Assembly (NCBI GenBank): GCA_951406725.2
Contig: OX597816.1
Span: 28,458,001-28,522,000 of the forward strand
Direction: 5' to 3'
Source of the DNA: Octopus vulgaris
Lineage: Eukaryota
DNA length: 64,000 nt
Below, in pieces: positions 14,646 through 26,700 of the stretch (its first letter is position 1; each line of letters opens with the position of its first letter). The notes beneath the pieces are model-generated. The model ran no database searches, had not been told where the DNA came from, and saw nothing but the letters and a program-made list of their open reading frames with translations. The position numbers and the translations under genes were made by a program.

Positions 14646-15496
14646 TATAGAACATACATAGGGTATGAAAGATTAGCCTTGGTCTCGTAACCGCTATCCG
14701 ACTTTCAACTTCTCCTGTAGAAGCTGGTTTCTTGCCTCTGTTTCTTGCTCTTGTCTCTCTGTCTCTTTCTCATTCTGCGTATCACTCGGTCATTCCGTAA
14801 AAATTATATGTATGTATGTATATATGAAATAGACATGTGCTTGTTTTTGTGTGTGTGCGTGCGTGCAAGAAAGAGAGAGAGAGAGAGAATGAGAGAGATA
14901 GAGTGAGTGATTGAAGGTGTGTATCGTAATGGTGGATGTATTTTATGGTTCACATTCATATATGAAATGTGACGTCATCGTCGTTGCCGTTGAATACAAA
15001 ATGCTTACGATAGTTGAACTATGGAAAAGACTATAATTTTAAATTTAGTTGGTGGCGGAAATAGTACTGAATCTTTTGATACCCCATGCGTCAAAATCGG
15101 CAACTCAGTTTTGGAATGCATAAGGAATATACGCACACACATACACATACGAACTCTGTGTGCGTGTATGTAAATGTGTATCATTCAGGTGATGTGCATA
15201 TATTTCATATCTTTCATATGTTTATTTTTACATGTTTTATAACACATATTTGTTAAGCTGTTTTTTAATTAGATTTGTTTTTTCGTTAAGGTACCTATTT
15301 CTTATTGTTTGTTTACTTCCAAGCAATGATAATATGATTTCTTTTTCATATTTTTTCTTTTCTTGGCACAGCGTTGTCCGCTCGGTTTAGCGTTTGGTTT
15401 CGAAACGATGAGAAAATCCGATCCGACAACAGAAAATATAATATTTCATGATCCTTTTGAGCGTTCTTTTCTTTCTTTCCTTATCTTAATCCGTTA

Positions 15497-15875
15497 GGAG
15501 GCGCAATGGCCCAATGGTTAGGGCAGCGGACTCGCGGTCGTAGGATCGCGGTTTCGATTCCCAGACCGGGCGTTGTGAGTGTCTATTGAGCGAAAACACC
15601 TAAAGCTCCACGAGGCTCCGGCAGGGGGTGGTGATCCCTGCTGTACTCTTTCACCACAACTTTCTCTCACTCTTACTTCCTGTTTCTGTTGTACCTGTAT
15701 TTCAAGGGGCCGGCCTTGTCACTCTCTGTGTCACGCTGAATATCCCCGAGAACTACGTTAAGGGTACACGTGTCTGTGGAGTGCTCAGTCACTTACACGT
15801 TAATTTCACGAGCAGGCTGTTCCGTTGATCGGATCAACCGGAACCCCCGTCGTCGTAACCGACGGAGTGCTTCCA
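15497..15875 (+). mobile_element. tRNA-head SINE family A, full length
   Basis: A box tggcccaatgg, B box gtttcgattcc; 14-bp TSD atcttaatccgtta (15483-15496 / 15883-15896). Confidence 0.92.
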
Positions 15876-16210
15876 TCTATCCATCTTAATCCGTTATCAC
15901 TGTTCCAGCAATCTTCTGTAATTATACCTTAATTTTATTATATTTTTAAAGCAGAATTTTCATCTGAAGGAATTTATTTATTAAGGATGATAAATTTGTA
16001 AATGTATAGTTTACTCTGGGACATTGATGGGACATATATTATATGAAAGTTATGAAAGTATTGTACTACGGATGCATTAATTGGTTTTAAATGTTCTATG
16101 TACTTCAAGGCAGCATAATGTTACCTTGAACGTAAGGAAAGAAAGCGTAGTGCAATCTCGTCACTGAATAAATTACTTCTGTCTCATATGGGCGTTTATA
16201 ATGTCTCTAA

Positions 16211-16614
16211 GGATCTTTTCGGTTTGACCGGCAGTTTTTTCTAGCGGTGTCATATGAAATTGTCACCCATAATTATGACCCTAGTATCGATCTATTGCAT
16301 TTCAATCTATTTTAGGGTTAGGGTTAGGGGTGGGGGAAGGGTTTCCTTTTTTCTTCACAAATGTAAATAAACCCAATCTGTTTCTTAAACGAGTGACATA
16401 TTCATACGGCACAGAATGTTGTTTACCTCAACAGACGCCAGTGATTAGTTGAAATTGCAGAAATTAAAGAAAAAAACAACAAATATCTTACAAACTATAT
16501 CTCAATAAAGAGAAAAAGATCTTTTATGAACACACTATACCAGTATACGAATTTAAAAATTTTTTAGTTACCTAGAAATTATGTTAAAAACTGCCGTTCA
16601 AACCGAAAAGATCC
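16211..16614. mobile_element. MITE with ~29-bp TIRs (GG...CC ends) and 8-bp TSD, Merlin-like
   Basis: TIRs ggatcttttcggtttgaccggcagttttt / aaaaactgccgttcaaaccgaaaagatcc; TSD gtctctaa (16203-16210 / 16615-16622); internal tttagggttagggttaggg. Confidence 0.85.
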
Positions 16615-17082
16615 GTCTCTAACTAATTTATGTGATTGATGTTAAAAGTTCTTTACAATCACACTTCACTGTACCATATTACATGATAAACTATTGCAGC
16701 TATAAGTGCTATTTCATATACAAACTATACAAGTCTGAACTAGCTTGTCGTTATTTTGAAGCTAAGAGCTTCTTTAATTAACGCAGAACCATGTATGTCC
16801 ATAAATCCATTGACGAATGTTTACTCATGCATAAACAAACTTATGAGATTATCACTTACGTATCTATTTATTGATTTGTCTACCTACCCGTCTGTTTCTA
16901 TGTATGGAAATAGATTGTGTATAATATTGCTGGAACAAATACATAGCAGTAAATATATATATATATATATATATTTAAAATAGGATAAAATCTTTATAAG
17001 AATTTATCAAGTTGTCAGCGTGGACAACATCATAAGAGAAAAAAATCCAACAATTTTTTCACTTAAATATATTTATTTATAT

Positions 17083-17297
17083 TATATAGGAGGCATTACT
17101 ATACATAAATGCCACACGCTAGGAGGGACTCTTAAAGACAAAACTACCAAAATGAATAAACACATACCGAATGCAGCTAAATTCTGTTCTTAAATACTTG
17201 CTTCGAGAGTTGCATTCGGTACGTTTTTATTTATTTTAGTAGATTTGACTTTAAGAGTCCCTCTCATCGTGTGGCATTTATGTGTAATAATGCCCTC

Positions 17298-17302
<5 letters not shown>
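17083..17302. repeat. Long imperfect inverted repeat (arms ~95 bp, ~30-bp spacer) next to a (TA)n tract
   Basis: Left arm ggcattactatacataaatgccacacg...accgaatgcagct pairs with right arm agttgcattcggt...cgtgtggcatttatgtgtaataatgcc. Confidence 0.8.
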
Positions 17303-17348
<46 letters not shown>

Positions 17349-17431
17349 GGTCCCGGGTTGATTCGGGGTTAACCACAGTAAATAAGGTACTCAATACATA
17401 GCAGAGTAAAATTAATTTATTATATAGAAGG

Positions 17432-17482
17432 AGCTTCTACAGGACTAGAACTGTTTCATTCAAGAGAAATCTTCAGGAAGCT
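17432..17482 (-). ncRNA. Type I hammerhead ribozyme with canonical C3-G8 core and full stem III
   Basis: Minus strand: AGCUUC CUGAAGA U UUC UCUU GAA U GAA ACAG UUCUAGUC CUGU A GAAGCU; 6-bp stem I, 4-bp stem III, GUA cleavage triplet; AAUAAA 10 nt beyond the motif. Confidence 0.75.
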
Positions 17483-18018
17483 AGTTAACAAAAATTGTAT
17501 TGGCATTTATACATTTAGGCAGGTTTATAGGGGTGGTGGTGGGGGACTTTTTGGGGGTAGGCATAGCGCAAAAAAATCATACTTGGGGGAGTGGTCAAGG
17601 AGTCAGTGGTAAATTAGATAGAAGAATAAATAAAAGAATAAAAAAAGAATAAAATACAAAAATATATAGAAGAATAGAGTTTTAGGTAAATAAGGAAATT
17701 CTCAACACACACACATATACATACACACATACATACACACACACCCATATATATATATATCTATATATACACACACACGTATACATACATATATCTACAT
17801 ATATATATATACATATACATACATACACATATACATGCATATACATATACACACACATGTATATATACACACACACGACCACACATACACATACACACAA
17901 AAAATATATACATACCCACACACACACATACACACACACACACATACATACATACACACATGCACACAACACACAAGTCCCTATATACTCATATATACAT
18001 ATACACATATATGTATGT

Positions 18019-18051
<33 letters not shown>

Positions 18052-18725
18052 CTCACGCACGCACACACACGCACACACATATATAGATATAGATATGCGT
18101 GTGTGTGAGTTATTTCATATTCGCCCGATGTTTGTCGCATGTGTAAATAGTAAATACAGGTTTCGTCTGCATAGAAGCTCGATGAATTGCATTTTTACTA
18201 GTCGAAATATCAGCGATTGAATTCCTTCATGAGAAAGTAATCGTATTAAACTAAACGTCAGCCTGACTTGTTTATTATAACACTTTTTATCATTAGCTGG
18301 AAGTCACAATTTCAAGGAAGAATCTAAAAACCCATTAAATGGAAACATTACTGATAGCTTTCTGAAAATTGTAGAAGGGTGAAATGTGAAGTTATATGAC
18401 TTCGAAATTTTGAAATCAGGGCAGAATGAAGAATAACGGGATATTGATTTCACGGCATTACTTTTGCGCACAGTGCGTTACAATTGATGGTGTCGATCTC
18501 AGTATATTGACTTCATCGGGATTTGCAAGCAAAGCGTAAAAAGCTATAACAAAAATCACTGCTTATTTTATCCATTACTCTACTTTTTCTTTCTATCCAT
18601 CATAATTTTATTCAGAGCTCTAATAATTCTGCTACAGATTCAGAGCTCTAATATACCTCACCCGTCTACTTGCGAAAGTGAAATACGTAAATAATATAAA
18701 GATTACTTACGATATTTCTTTCACT

Positions 18726-19074
18726 GTGGAGGTGCAATGGCCCAGTGGTTAGGGCAGCGGACTCGCGGTCGTAGGATCGCGGTTTCGATTCCCAGACCGG
18801 GCGTTGTGAGTGTTTATTGAGCGAAAATACCTAAAGCTCCATGAGGCTCCGGCAGGGGATGGTGGTGATCCCTGCTGTACTCTTTCACCATAACTTTCTC
18901 TCACTCTTACTTCCTGTTTCTCTTGTGTCACGCTGAATATCCTCGAGAACTACGTTAAGGGTGCACGTATCTGTGGAGTGCTCAGCCACTTACACGTTAA
19001 TTTCACGAGCAGGCTGTTCCGTTGATTCGGATCAACCGGAACCCTCATCGTCGTAACCGACGGAGTGCTTCCAC
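18726..19074 (+). mobile_element. tRNA-head SINE family A flanked by a 101-bp direct repeat
   Basis: Matches 15497-15875 with an internal deletion; flanks 18625-18725 and 19075-19175 are direct repeats with 4 mismatches. Confidence 0.9.
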
Positions 19075-20229
19075 AATTCTGCTACAGATTCAGAGCTCTA
19101 ATATGTCTCATCCGTCTACTTGCGAATGTGAAATACGTAAATAATATAAAGATTACTTACGATATTTCTTTCACTATTTTAAATGTTTCCTGGTTGTGTT
19201 CTAAACTCACTATTATGATTTTTAGGTATATTTATAACATTTTCTCAGCATTTCCTCATATCAGTTTATAGCTGTTATTTTAGCAGTTGTAGTTTTTCCG
19301 TTAAACCTATCGCTGATTAAGTCTTATATTTTGTTTTTATCATCTTTGTTTCCATACTTTACTTCTGTTTTGGTTCATAATAATTTTTTTTTTTCAGTCT
19401 TTATAATTATACCGTGTTCTTATAATCTGTAATCACACGCAAAGTGGCATGATTGGATATTCGAACCACAAAGATCAACAGGATAAACCTGGTTAAACTC
19501 GATGATTAATGTTTGATTTAAACATTTGGTCGGCGTTAATGTAAAAGCGCAAAGTGCGGGATAAATCGAAAACAAAAATAAGAATACACGAAAGCAAATA
19601 AAAAAAAAGAAAAAAAAGAAAATATGCAAATAATCACACGAACAAACCATTATTTCCTTTTAATACTTTTGTGGCAGGATATAAATGAAGCAGGAGCCTA
19701 AACATGGAACTATACAATGTCATATTTATAATTACTGTCAAGAATCCTGCTGATGTATAATCTTAGCAGAGAGGCTAAAACATTTCCCAGGTTTAGCTTT
19801 TGTATTATTCAGATTTGCTGATTGAACGTTGCATATTTGAGGTTAGTGACAAATGATTTTGTAAAATGATTTCGTTTGGTAGTGCTGTTATATATTTTCA
19901 AATGGAAACCAAGGCAACACTAAAGCAAATAAATATTTATTTACCTTGTTCTATTTCTATATTTTTGAATACCTTTCTCATCTCCTAAGTATTTCGACAT
20001 AATAGTTCGATAGGTTTTTCTCTCCCTTTCTATAGACTTCAGGTGATTATACTCCGATTAGTTTAGCTATTTATGCATTCCATGTCCATGTTACATACAC
20101 TTAGAATTAGTTAGACTGTTACAATCGAAACTGATTTAAGAATTTATCGAATCAAAATTTATTTTAGTAAAGATTACTTAAAGGTGTCTTATAGATTTTA
20201 AGCTTTTACATATGCATTGCTAGATCCAT

Positions 20230-20286
<57 letters not shown>

Positions 20287-20530
20287 TGACTTCGGTCTCT
20301 TATCCAGTGCTAAAACGAAATGTTTTTCCTATGTTCAGATTGTATGCATTATATTTTGTCCATGATCTACATCACAGAACTATACTTCTCATACAATATG
20401 CTGGCTAGAATAAATGGTACTAATAAAGATTCTGACATATTCATACGATTTTAATTGTGATACTGGGAATTTCCCGAAGCAGCTATGAGTTATATAACGG
20501 AGACTAAACTATAAATATAGTAATGACATG

Positions 20531-20906
20531 GGATGTTTTCGGTTTGAACGGCAGTTTTTTCTAGCGGTGTCATAGGAAATTGTCACCCATAATTATGACC
20601 CTAGTATCGATCTATTGCATTTCAATCTGTTTTAGGGTTAGGGTTAGTGGTGGGGGAAGGGTATCTTTTTTCTTTACAAATGTAAATAAACCCAATCTGT
20701 TTCTTAAACGAGTGACATATTCATACGGCACAGAATGTTTTTTTTACCTCAATGGACGTCATTGATTGGTTGAAATTGCAGAATTTTCTCAATAAGGCCA
20801 AGAGAAAAAGATGTTTTATAAACACGTTCTACCAGTATACGAAGTTTAGAATTTTTTAGTTACCTAGAAATTATGTTAAAAACTGCCGTTCAAACCGAAA
20901 AGATCT
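20531..20906. mobile_element. Second copy of the 8-bp-TSD MITE
   Basis: Same TIRs and interior as 16211-16614; TSD atgacatg / atgacgtg. Confidence 0.85.
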
Positions 20907-21997
20907 ATGACGTGTTACTTTTTGGGATATCCGTTTCAGAGATTTGTTGGAAAAACAAACTAGACAGATTGAAAATGACCTGTCAGGATTTACAATATTA
21001 TATCACTCCACAGTTTTCGACATTACTTTCAACTTAAAGCTTCTATCTGATCGCGTTTGTAATTTCTATACGTAGTTCTCATAAAGAAAACTTGTCGATT
21101 AATTATTTGAATACTCTACGTATGTTTGAAATATGGGAACAAAATTCTCAGAGGTGAGACCCAGAAAAAAAGTCGGTAGGGTGATATGACAAAAGTTGAG
21201 CTTTGCTAAAAAGTCACGGATAAGGGAGTCGCTTAATCAATGCCGTTATCTGGGTACATCTTACTGGTTTTATCAAGCAGTGTGTCAGAAAACCACCCTT
21301 TGTATTTCATCTCTCAAATCTCACAGAATATTCGAATAAATCTTTCTTTTAACCTTCTGACACGTAGAAAAATTCCTGACGAAATTCATGATTCAAACAA
21401 AACACAGAAAAAAAGTATCAGCTACACATTTGAGGAACTTTATTCTAATTTTTGAATGGTGCTCTTCGATTAAGTTGTTTAGCATTTCCTGTATTATTTC
21501 ATTCATTTAGGTTTTCGTTATTTATATATTTAGGCGTTGATTATTTACGCGTTTATATGTTTATACAGAACATTTGACCACGAAGGCCGACCCCAATACC
21601 TGGTTTTGTAGGCGAAGTGCTATCTGTGACCAGCGCCTCAGGTTGAATAGTAAATCTTGTAAAAGGCTTTTGAAGAATGCGAACAGCGTGGAAGCACATA
21701 GTAAATGTATACACAACTCTATCTGTTGACAATCATATATATGCGTGTGTATTGTGTGTGTGAAGTAAGCTAAAGAAATATCATTTTTAACGATGAAATC
21801 AAAACTCGGTGTTTTCGCTTAAAGCTGCACGTGTGCTGTTTGTTATGCACCGAATTTTACAAAGATTCATTCGTCATTTTGATACCTTCCAACAATCAAT
21901 TAGTTATAAACTTCTCATGAATATGAAGTAAACGGCGCATTTATGGACGAAAATCTGATACAAAATGAATCTATGTATTTGTCCACCTATCTATCTG

Positions 21998-22091
<94 letters not shown>

Positions 22092-22096
22092 CATCT

Positions 22097-24063
22097 AGCC
22101 GCTTTGTACAGAGGCATCCGTTCGGTAATTCGCGTGAATGGACATCTATCGAGACCCTTCGACATCGCACGTTCGGTCCGTCAGGGATGCCCCCTCTCGT
22201 CGCTTCTATACGTATTGACTCTCGAGCCATTATTGCGGAAGCTGGCAACCTTGAGAGGCATCCCGCGAGAACTGGGATGCGGGACGAGCGTGTCTGCATA
22301 CGCGGACGACGTCACCGTCATAGTGTCTAGCCACGAGCACATCGAGCAGGTCGGCGAGACACTGAAAAACTACGAAGCAGTGACAGGAGCAAAAATCAAC
22401 CGGGAAAAGTCAGTGGGCTTGCGACTCGGCACCTGGAGAAGCAAGCCCATGCCGTCCACCAGCGCCTCCGTCGTGGGACGCTGGACCGACGGCCCGGTTG
22501 AGTTGCTCGGGGTCTGGTTTGGTCCGGACCTCCAAGTGGAGAAGAACTGGAACGAGATAACGAGTAGGGTGGTCACTCTCGCCCGGCAATGGGCCGAGAG
22601 GAAACTGTTCCTAAAAGGTCGGGCGGAGGTGGCGAACACGTACATCGCGTCCGTCATCTACTACCACCTGACTGTCGTACCTTGTCCCGACCCTACCATC
22701 ACCAAACTACAACGCATTCTCTTTCGCTTCTTGTGGAAAGGATGCGTCCCGATGGTCAGGCGATCCATTTGCTGTCAACACCCGTTAAAAGGAGGGCTGG
22801 GCATGCCGTGGTTGATGATGCGCAGACACGCGCTGAGACTGCGACATCTCTGGCTCTATGTAGACGACGGTGAACAGGTGTGGTCGCCGTTTGTGAGGCA
22901 CGCTTTCCCGCAGCTCATCTCCATGACCGAACTGCAGTCGTGGATCAAAAAGAGGCCGAAGAAGGGCGAATGGCACCGCGAGTGTCGCGTTGCTCTCAAG
23001 CAACTCTGCCGTCCTGGGTCGACCTTGAGTGACTTCAACACAACCAAAGCATTCTATAGGGGTTTAGTGGAGGGGAGGTACGACGACGAGCTCGGGGCGA
23101 ACCTGGACGTTGACGAGGAGTACCTGACCCACCTGTTCAGGACGACTTTCGGGCCAGGGCCCATGGACAACTTCCAGATATCCCTGGCCTGGCAGTGCTA
23201 CCGAGAATCGCTACCCGTTCGGGATAAGCTCTACAGACACGGCTCGAGAAACACGGGGCCGACCTGCCCGAGATGCGGTCAGAGCGACGAAACCGTTCTG
23301 CACGCACTCGTGCAGTGTCCAACAATTTCCGACCTGTGGGCTTGTGTCGAACAACTGCTGTCACGTGTGGGACGAGTCGGTTTATCAGCTGAGTCTATCG
23401 TTAATATTGTCACGCCTCCCTCCTTCAAACGGGAAGGAAGAGCTATTTTCATCATCCTTGTGGCTATGGCGAAAGAATGTATCTGGTGGACGCGTCTGAA
23501 AGGATTGGAGACAAACACTTTCCTCTCTGGTCAATCTCTCATCAACTTCTTCAAGTACCACTTGAAAAGGAAAGTGAGAGTAGAGAGGCAAGTTTTGTCT
23601 AGCGAATGTTTTAAAAAAAGATGGGTAAATGTAGCAAGAATGGCACGTATGAATGACGGAGCCACCCTGAGCATGATCCTATGAACCCAGAAATTGAAAA
23701 CAGAGAGTTGCTTATTTGCAAAAAAAAAAAAAAAAAGAAATATAACATGTGACTCCATTGACCGAGGTTACCGTGGTCTTTTCCGTAGGCTTTTCTTTCC
23801 ACGGGTAAACCTCACCTGTCCTCCCCTTTACACTTCATATTGACATTTCTGTGATAACGATCCCTATTGATCAAATTTTTTTTTTTTTTCCTCTCCCCCT
23901 TTTTTTTTAACCCCCCTTTTTTTTGTCCTCTTTCTCTCCTTTTACGATCCCTTTTGATCGAAACTCCCCCTTCCTTTTTTTTTTTTTTAAACCTTCAAAA
24001 GAAAAGCTCTACCTTGTAATTTGTTCTATCTGTGTGCAGACCTGTGTGGCTAATAAAGAAACA
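22097..24063 (+). mobile_element. 5'-truncated L1/Tx1-clade LINE inserted in (TCTA)n
   Basis: RT/zinc-knuckle ORF followed by a pyrimidine-rich 3' UTR ending aataaagaaaca; (TCTA)n at ~21988-22093 and ~24064-24219. Confidence 0.9.
22104..23684 (+). CDS. C-terminal half of LINE ORF2 (RT domains 4-7, thumb, zf-RVT/CCHC knuckle); no true start codon because of 5' truncation
   Basis: RQGCPLSSLLYVLTLEPL, AYADDVTV, GAKINREKS, KGGLG, CPRCGQSDETVLHALVQCP; 526 codons without a stop. Confidence 0.9.
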   Translation: MYRGIRSVIRVNGHLSRPFDIARSVRQGCPLSSLLYVLTLEPLLRKLATLRGIPRELGCGTSVSAYADDVTVIVSSHEHIEQVGETLKNYEAVTGAKINREKSVGLRLGTWRSKPMPSTSASVVGRWTDGPVELLGVWFGPDLQVEKNWNEITSRVVTLARQWAERKLFLKGRAEVANTYIASVIYYHLTVVPCPDPTITKLQRILFRFLWKGCVPMVRRSICCQHPLKGGLGMPWLMMRRHALRLRHLWLYVDDGEQVWSPFVRHAFPQLISMTELQSWIKKRPKKGEWHRECRVALKQLCRPGSTLSDFNTTKAFYRGLVEGRYDDELGANLDVDEEYLTHLFRTTFGPGPMDNFQISLAWQCYRESLPVRDKLYRHGSRNTGPTCPRCGQSDETVLHALVQCPTISDLWACVEQLLSRVGRVGLSAESIVNIVTPPSFKREGRAIFIILVAMAKECIWWTRLKGLETNTFLSGQSLINFFKYHLKRKVRVERQVLSSECFKKRWVNVARMARMNDGATLSMIL

Positions 24064-24169
<106 letters not shown>

Positions 24170-24170
24170 C

Positions 24171-24219
<49 letters not shown>

Positions 24220-25209
24220 AGTGTGTAACTGTGTTTATGTATGCGTGTATATATGTATGTGCATATATGTATATACATATATATAGATCGATAGTAAGAT
24301 AGATCGATAGTAAGATAGATCGATATATGCACACACGTGCGTATATCTATGTATTTATGCATTTATGTTTGCAGTCAAGTGGCGCATTTCAGTTTTTGTT
24401 CCGTGTAGAATAAATGATTCGAAATATGATTTCTTGGATACAACCACATTCACAAAAGACCGTTCTTGATTTTATGATTCTAAGAATTGTATAATATCTC
24501 CGTATGCTTTGATATCACAGAGATAGCTTTGTCGTCGCTGTTGATGCAGTTTGGGATCTGCATGATTCAATAGTCAATATCCTTAATCCTGCAAATATCT
24601 GCCCTTGAATATAACCATTATAGGGGTTGATTGTTGGATGTGAAAATGGAACAAAGTTGCACTATTTCACTACAGGCATTTGAAGTTTATTTTTATATAA
24701 GTCATTCTCTTTTTGCTGAAAACCTGTTTAGTGAGACGTTTATTGTCATGCAAGCAATGTGGGTAAACATCTAACGCGATTAGCTTATATATAAATTGGC
24801 CGTTACATTATTATTATTATTATCATCATCATCACCATCATCACTCGGCTACTACCTTGCCAAACAGAAATCTATAGTCTGTTGAGTCGATAATATATGT
24901 TGGCATATTCTGGCAGCATAACAAATGCATTTCGTTATCGTGAATAAAAACAATGGGTTTTGAGTGTAAACTGTGTTGAAACAGCAGTTCGTGGATTGTG
25001 GTCAATATTTTGTTGGTGTTTAACAGGTAAATCATTTCAACGCAACTCAGGTTAAATTATTGTAAAACAGTACAGCATGACGATGCTAGTTCTGACCTGC
25101 AGCGGCAAATATGAACTTGTTTGTAAACGTAATTTTGCAAGAAGAGAAGTCAAACGTTTCATGCAGAGAATTTGTGAGAAGGGAAATGTCTAAAAATATT
25201 GGTCACTTA

Positions 25210-25626
25210 TTTTGACATAAGGCCAGCAATTTTGTTGCAAGGAGTAAGTCAATTATATCGACCCCAGGATTCAGCTGGTACTTATTTTACAGACCCGTAA
25301 AGGATGAGCGGTAAAGTAGACCGCGACCGAATGTTCAAAAAGGACGATATGCTACTAAGAATTTTTTCCGGTGTGCTGATGATTCTGCCGCCCTTAAATG
25401 CCTGTTAATATTAATTTCAAATGTTGTCATAAGGCTAGTAATTTCGAAGCAGGGGGCAAATGGATTACATTCAGCCAGCTTGTTCAACTAGTACCTATTT
25501 TATTGACCCCGAAAAGATGAAAGTCAAATCGACCTGAGCGGAATTAGAACTCAGAACGTTAAGAGAAAAGAAATGCCGTTAAACATTTTTGCTCGGCTTG
25601 CAAACGATTCTGCCAGCTCACCGCTC
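25210..25626 (-). mobile_element. Two tandem degenerate copies of SINE family E
   Basis: Each carries a version of gacccc..aaaggatgaaaggcaaagtcgacc and gattctgcc, as in 36184-36416. Confidence 0.65.
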
Positions 25627-25880
25627 TAAAACCTCTACTCCCATCAGAGAGTGAATATATTGGGACGAGTGAGAGCGAGAGAAAATGGTTATGAGAATAG
25701 AAAAGAAAAGAGAAGTGTTAAAATAGTCGTAATTGAGAAAGGCACAACGCCGAGAACTACGGGAAAATAGAAATAATTCCGGCAGATTGGAAAAATACAA
25801 ATGATCTGGAGTAACAGAATTAACAAATTGCTTATATGTACGTACATAAATATATATATATATATATATAAATATATATA

Positions 25881-26085
25881 TTACGGAGATGTACTCGCAT
25901 AGCAAGTAATTTGATCTGAGATCGTGTGCTGAAACGAAAACAATTGCAGCGTGGGAGGTGTTTATAAGCCATTTAAGAAACACACAAAAGCCGTTCGATT
26001 CACTCCAACATTTAAGTTTAATTTGTCAAAATATTTTCGTCGCTAAAATCCGCGACCTGTTCACTGACAAAGTCCGTGCTGCATC
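25881..26085 (-). mobile_element. Family H1 repeat, copy 2, between (TA)n tracts
   Basis: Reverse complement of 9811-10014. Confidence 0.75.
26022..26071 (-). ncRNA. Minimal type I hammerhead ribozyme motif, G3-C8 core variant, fully paired
   Basis: Minus strand: UUUGUCA GUGAACA G GUCGC GGAUUUUA GCGAC GAA AAUAUU U UGACAAA; 7-bp stem I, 5-bp stem II, palindromic stem III. Confidence 0.72.
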
Positions 26086-26124
<39 letters not shown>

Positions 26125-26150
26125 TATATGTGTATGTGTATGTGTGTTTC

Positions 26151-26189
<39 letters not shown>

Positions 26190-26191
<2 letters not shown>

Positions 26192-26460
26192 AAATGAGGG
26201 CAAAGGAAAAAAATTCTAATGCCAAATATGCCGAAAAATTGGACATATTGTCCATTAACCATATAATTTTTTCACAATACGCACGCTACTCGAAAAAAGA
26301 TCGACAGAAATTTCTAAAAAATTCCATTATTACCATATTTGACCGATTTCAGGGTTAGCTTATAACAGCCCTCCCTTCGTCAGTGATATGGTCAATGGAC
26401 AATATGTCCAATTTTTCGGCATATTTGGCATTAGAATTTTTTTCCTTTGCCCTCATTTAT
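26190..26460. repeat. Inverted repeat (~75-bp near-perfect arms) abutting (TA)n, with a hammerhead motif in the spacer
   Basis: 26190-26264 ataaatgagggcaaagg...ccattaaccatat versus 26386-26460 atatggtcaatgg...cctttgccctcatttat. Confidence 0.85.
26333..26391 (-). ncRNA. Hammerhead ribozyme motif (C3-G8 core, GUC triplet) with partly degenerate stem I
   Basis: Minus strand: CCAUAUCA CUGACGA AGGG AG GGCU GUUAUA AGCU AA CCCU GAA AUCGGU C AAAUAUGG. Confidence 0.6.
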
Positions 26461-26566
26461 GAATAATTGTTTATAAATTTAACCGTTAAAGGTATTTTTT
26501 AACATGCTGGCCATTGATAAAATTTTTTTAGAGAAAATATATTTTTTTTTTCGAAAAGAATATCCT

Positions 26567-26700
<134 letters not shown>

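Noticed and set aside
15497-15575. tRNA gene candidates at SINE heads (also 18726, 48071, 52713)
   Set aside because: They continue into shared SINE bodies, most with TSDs; they are tRNA-derived heads, not tRNA genes
16311-16330. Interstitial telomere
   Set aside because: Only three TTAGGG units, and they are part of the MITE interior
17682-18220. YI/HT/CV-repeat ORFs here and throughout the window
   Set aside because: Translations of (TA)n, (CA)n and (TACA)n tracts
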